A stretch of DNA of 54,552 bases, counting the filler, from Bipalium vagum (taxonomy: Eukaryota): NCBI GenBank assembly GCA_037834085.1. It is 3 parts of 3 records of this genome, joined end to end, with 100 filler letters (N's around TTAATTAATTAA, not from the genome) between each part and the next. Parts side by side here need not be neighbours in the genome. Positions count along the whole stretch, not along the records: positions 34,983 to 54,552 come from JBBMKC010272455.1; 2 more parts are not named here. The stretch is one strand, 5' to 3'. A program made the translations under genes and the position numbers. A model generated the notes under the pieces. It saw only the letters and a program-made list of their open reading frames with translations, had not been told where the DNA came from and ran no database searches. Numbering within the stretch: the first letter of the stretch is position 1; each line of letters starts with the position of its first letter. This document shows positions 51,241 to 54,552 of the stretch, in pieces.

Positions 51241-52181
51241 GAAATATTACTAAAAATTTCGAAAAATATAATTAAATAATTTTAGGATGACATGCTACTG
51301 ATTAAAACTCAGTAGTTGCTCCTAAAATAATATTTTTAAAATTTATTTAATTAATTTGAATTAATAATTAAAATACATATTTTTAAATTAGCCAGCATGT
51401 TATTTAAATTTTATTTTTCGCCAAAAATTGTATTTACAGAAGGTTATAAGATAGAACTCGAACCTCAACAATTAGAATATTTAAACTAATCGTATATTTC
51501 ATACTTATTTTTTAAGTGCAAGAATGTATTTAAATATCTTATTTTGTAGCCTTAATGTATATTTTCAATAATTATCATTTCGGTAATTTTTTAATGTTAA
51601 AGTATATAAAATTTTACAAGAAAAAATTATTAATCAAGGATTTAATTAAAATTAAAATTTTAAAATATTCAAATAATGCAGTTAAACAATTTTGTTGAAA
51701 TTTATTAAAAATTATGAGAAAAATGATTTTACATTAATATTTTCTATTTAATACTTTTGCCAGTGGACAATAAAATGACTTAGAAATCAGTGTTCGTTAC
51801 TTGAGAGATTTTTAATTTATTTAATAAAATTATAAATTATTCTGGTTACTGATTCTCTCGCTTTCATATAGTTATAAATCCAGATATTACTAAATTTATT
51901 CAATTTAACTAACTTAATTACTGATCATTAATTTAAATTCATGTCCATAATTACTAGAGAATGTACCATAAAATTTCTTCTGCTGTTTGATCATTCATTA
52001 TTTAATTAATAATGTAATTTTAGATTTGATAAATTTTTATGACAGAAACTTTCAGTTTATATTAAGGGTCAAGATGGAGGCTGCAAAAAATATAATATAA
52101 ATTTTTAGCCTGACATTTTAAAAATCTGTTAATTTAACAAAAACCAAAGAATTCACAACAAGATCACAACAAGATCACATC

Positions 52182-53886
52182 TATGTGGTGTGCTCAATAA
52201 GTAGTGAGCCTATAATAAGTAGAGGTTAATGTAAATTTAAAAATATTATAATTATATAAAGTACATATTATAGGTAAATGTGAGATATTTGTTTTAATAT
52301 ATTATTTTATATTTATCAGGTAAATTGCGTTTTTTATGTCTTTAGGAAATTTACAATATCGGAACGTCATTTGTTTCCTCCATTTGAAGAAAAAAAAGTA
52401 AAGAAGAAATTCAAAAGGAATTAAATGATGTTTACGGTGAGCAAAGTACTTCATGGGCTACAACAAAACGATGGTACAATGAATTTAAAGCTGGAAGAAC
52501 TTCCGTAGTGGATGTAGAAACATCCGGAAGACCATAAGAAATCAGCAAAAAAAATAACGAAAAACCTACATAAAAATATACAAAATGAAAGAAGAAGCAC
52601 AAGAAGAGAGCTCACTGTGCGTTTAAATGTTAGAAAAGGTACTATTCAGTTATTATTGGCAAGCAGTGACATCAGAAAGTTGTGCTCACGATTCGTGCCA
52701 CGTTTTCTAACTGCTTATATCCAAGCTCAACGTTTGGAGTATTGCCAACAGAATCTGAAAACTTTACAACGTACTGGGGACCAAATACTAGATAACATCA
52801 TCACGATGGAGTCTAGAAGAAAATAAAAAGAAAGAAAACTTCCAAGAGACCAGTTCAAGAAAGATGAATATAATCACACAAAAAAGCCATTATGTTCTCC
52901 TTTTTTTGGATGCTAATGGCGTGATTTTCAAAGATTTTTAATGAAACACGTGTTCGTCTCAATAGCGAATACTATAAATAAATTTTTTTAATCATACACA
53001 CATACATCTGTATCAAGTACAGAAGTAGAGACAATTATTTACAACGAGTAAATGTCATATTCACATAGTCTCTAGGTGATGGCAGTGTGACGAATCCTGG
53101 AGTCCCAAAAAACACTAGATATAAAATTTAATACACGTTAGGGGTCGGAACAAATCACTCTGTGCACCATTGAGAGTAAATTGATCTCTGCCCCCCATTG
53201 AAGTCAATACCCGCCAATGGAGGACAGGAAAAACACCAAACGCAAACCACAATCAAGGGATAAAATATATATAGAGAACACATATAAACACATACTATTG
53301 AAAGTTGAGAGTACAATAATCGTAGGATATATCAAGAACGGAACTGTGCACGAAGACGAGATTGTAATAAGATTGAGGATTTAGAGTATACAGAGAAAAA
53401 TAATAACAAGATAATGACAAGTTGGATAATAATGATAAGATTATATATATACAAGCAATATTGTCAACCTTGTGCGACAAGTTAGGACACTGAGAAGGAA
53501 GAACCGAGTCTCTTGTATTATCTGCATGACAACGCATCTATTCACACTAATGGATTTTCAACAACAGCAATTAAGGATTGTGGCTTGATTTTGCTCCCAC
53601 ATCCTCCATACAGTCTACACTTGGTTCCTTCCAATTTCTTTTTGTTGAAACAACTCAAGTGGGAACTAAGAGATAAAAACTTTTCATCAAAAGACAATTT
53701 GCAGTAGACTGTCACTGATTATCTGAACGACAAATCTCCCGATTTCTTCCAAAATGACTTCTCGCAACTTGTCACTCACTGGAAAAAATGTGTTGACGTT
53801 TCTGTGAACTATATTGAAAAATAATTACCTGTACATATGCATTGTTATTAATAAAAATTTTTTTTCGTTATCATTTCTTATCGGCT
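52182..53886 (+). mobile_element. Mariner transposon split by a ~484-bp insertion
   Basis: EIQKELNDVYGEQSTSWATTKRWYNEFKAGRTS..SGRP; RKLCSRFVPRFLT; NSEYY|C..VRQVRTLRRK; YLHDNASIHT; HPPYSLHLVPSNFFL. Left TIR-like tatgtggtgtgctcaataagt; right TIR mostly lost. Confidence 0.85.
52975..53458. mobile_element. Unclassified non-coding insertion within the mariner
   Basis: Removing it rejoins GAATAC-TA-TTGT (E-Y-Y-C). Flanked by TA(T) on both sides; no evident TIRs or poly(A). Confidence 0.55.
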
Positions 53887-54552
53887 CTGTATTTGACCTT
53901 TTCCGAATATTGTGAGAGTTGATGATCATAATTATTGTACATTTTCCATAATTGTATTGATCTCGGCTTGCTTGTATCCTAATATCTGGGTTTTAGATAG
54001 TTTTGATTTATGATTCTTCGGTTACAATTATAAAGATCGTGTAACCATGGTTAAATAAGAAGATAAAGGTTTTGATTCGGTAATCAGGATTTCGTTTTAT
54101 GTTATTCAGTCAAGTGCAAGGGAGGATTTCTTGATCTTGAATCGTTACCAAGAGTTTAATAGAAAATCTTTGATAATATAAAACTTCAATATTTTAAAGT
54201 ACCAAATGAAGGTAAAGTAAACATTTGATTATATTTTAACTCATTTATTTCTACTTTCATTTGAGTATCACCAGAGTTATATATGACCAAGACAAAAGGA
54301 AAAAAAGAAAGTGAAGCTATTGAAATTATTTTGCATGTTTTCTGGATTTTTAAAATTTCAGATTATTTGATAAAAAAATAAATAAGATTGATGAATAAAT
54401 TGTTTTGCGATGTTATTTCCCTTTAGAAATAGTAAATAACAGTCACTACTAACAACAAGTCCTCTCCATTAAACACTCCTTCTTTAATTTTATGACATAG
54501 TATTCCATTAATATTTATTGCCATTAATAAACTAATATTTGTATTTTTATTG

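Noticed and set aside
1-54552. CRISPR arrays, rRNA/tRNA genes and prokaryotic operons
   Set aside because: No regularly spaced repeat-spacer array or RNA-gene signature was seen; the sequence is intron-containing animal DNA.

Overview
Very AT-rich animal genomic DNA with spliceosomal introns; short introns are mostly 41-66 nt and long introns are filled with transposon debris. A flatworm-like invertebrate origin is plausible but is inference only. Four host genes can be reconstructed exon by exon: (1) a complete Ral GTPase (+, 10701-13030); (2) a BAR-only endophilin B lacking the SH3 domain (+, 18806-26480); (3) the 3' half of a polycystin-2/TRPP channel (-, 27669-34825); (4) a compact secreted matrix metalloproteinase with a hemopexin domain (+, 38442-40487). 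Weaker candidates are an exon with a mitochondrial fission factor (Mff/Tango11)-like motif, a small-exon orphan gene, and an isolated receptor-tail exon with a homopolymer frameshift. The rest is decayed DNA transposons: many mariner/Tc1 copies (several nested), a Merlin remnant, a possible MULE remnant, and scrambled Maverick/Polinton pieces. The Maverick pieces comprise protein-primed PolB, integrase and zinc fingers plus an adjacent intein/Hint-like fragment, and they flank the MMP gene. Two 100-bp gaps carry an artificial TTAATTAATTAA linker, so gene order across 17403-17502 and 34883-34982 is uncertain. No rRNA, tRNA or CRISPR array was recognised. All homology calls are from motif recognition by eye; no database search was run.
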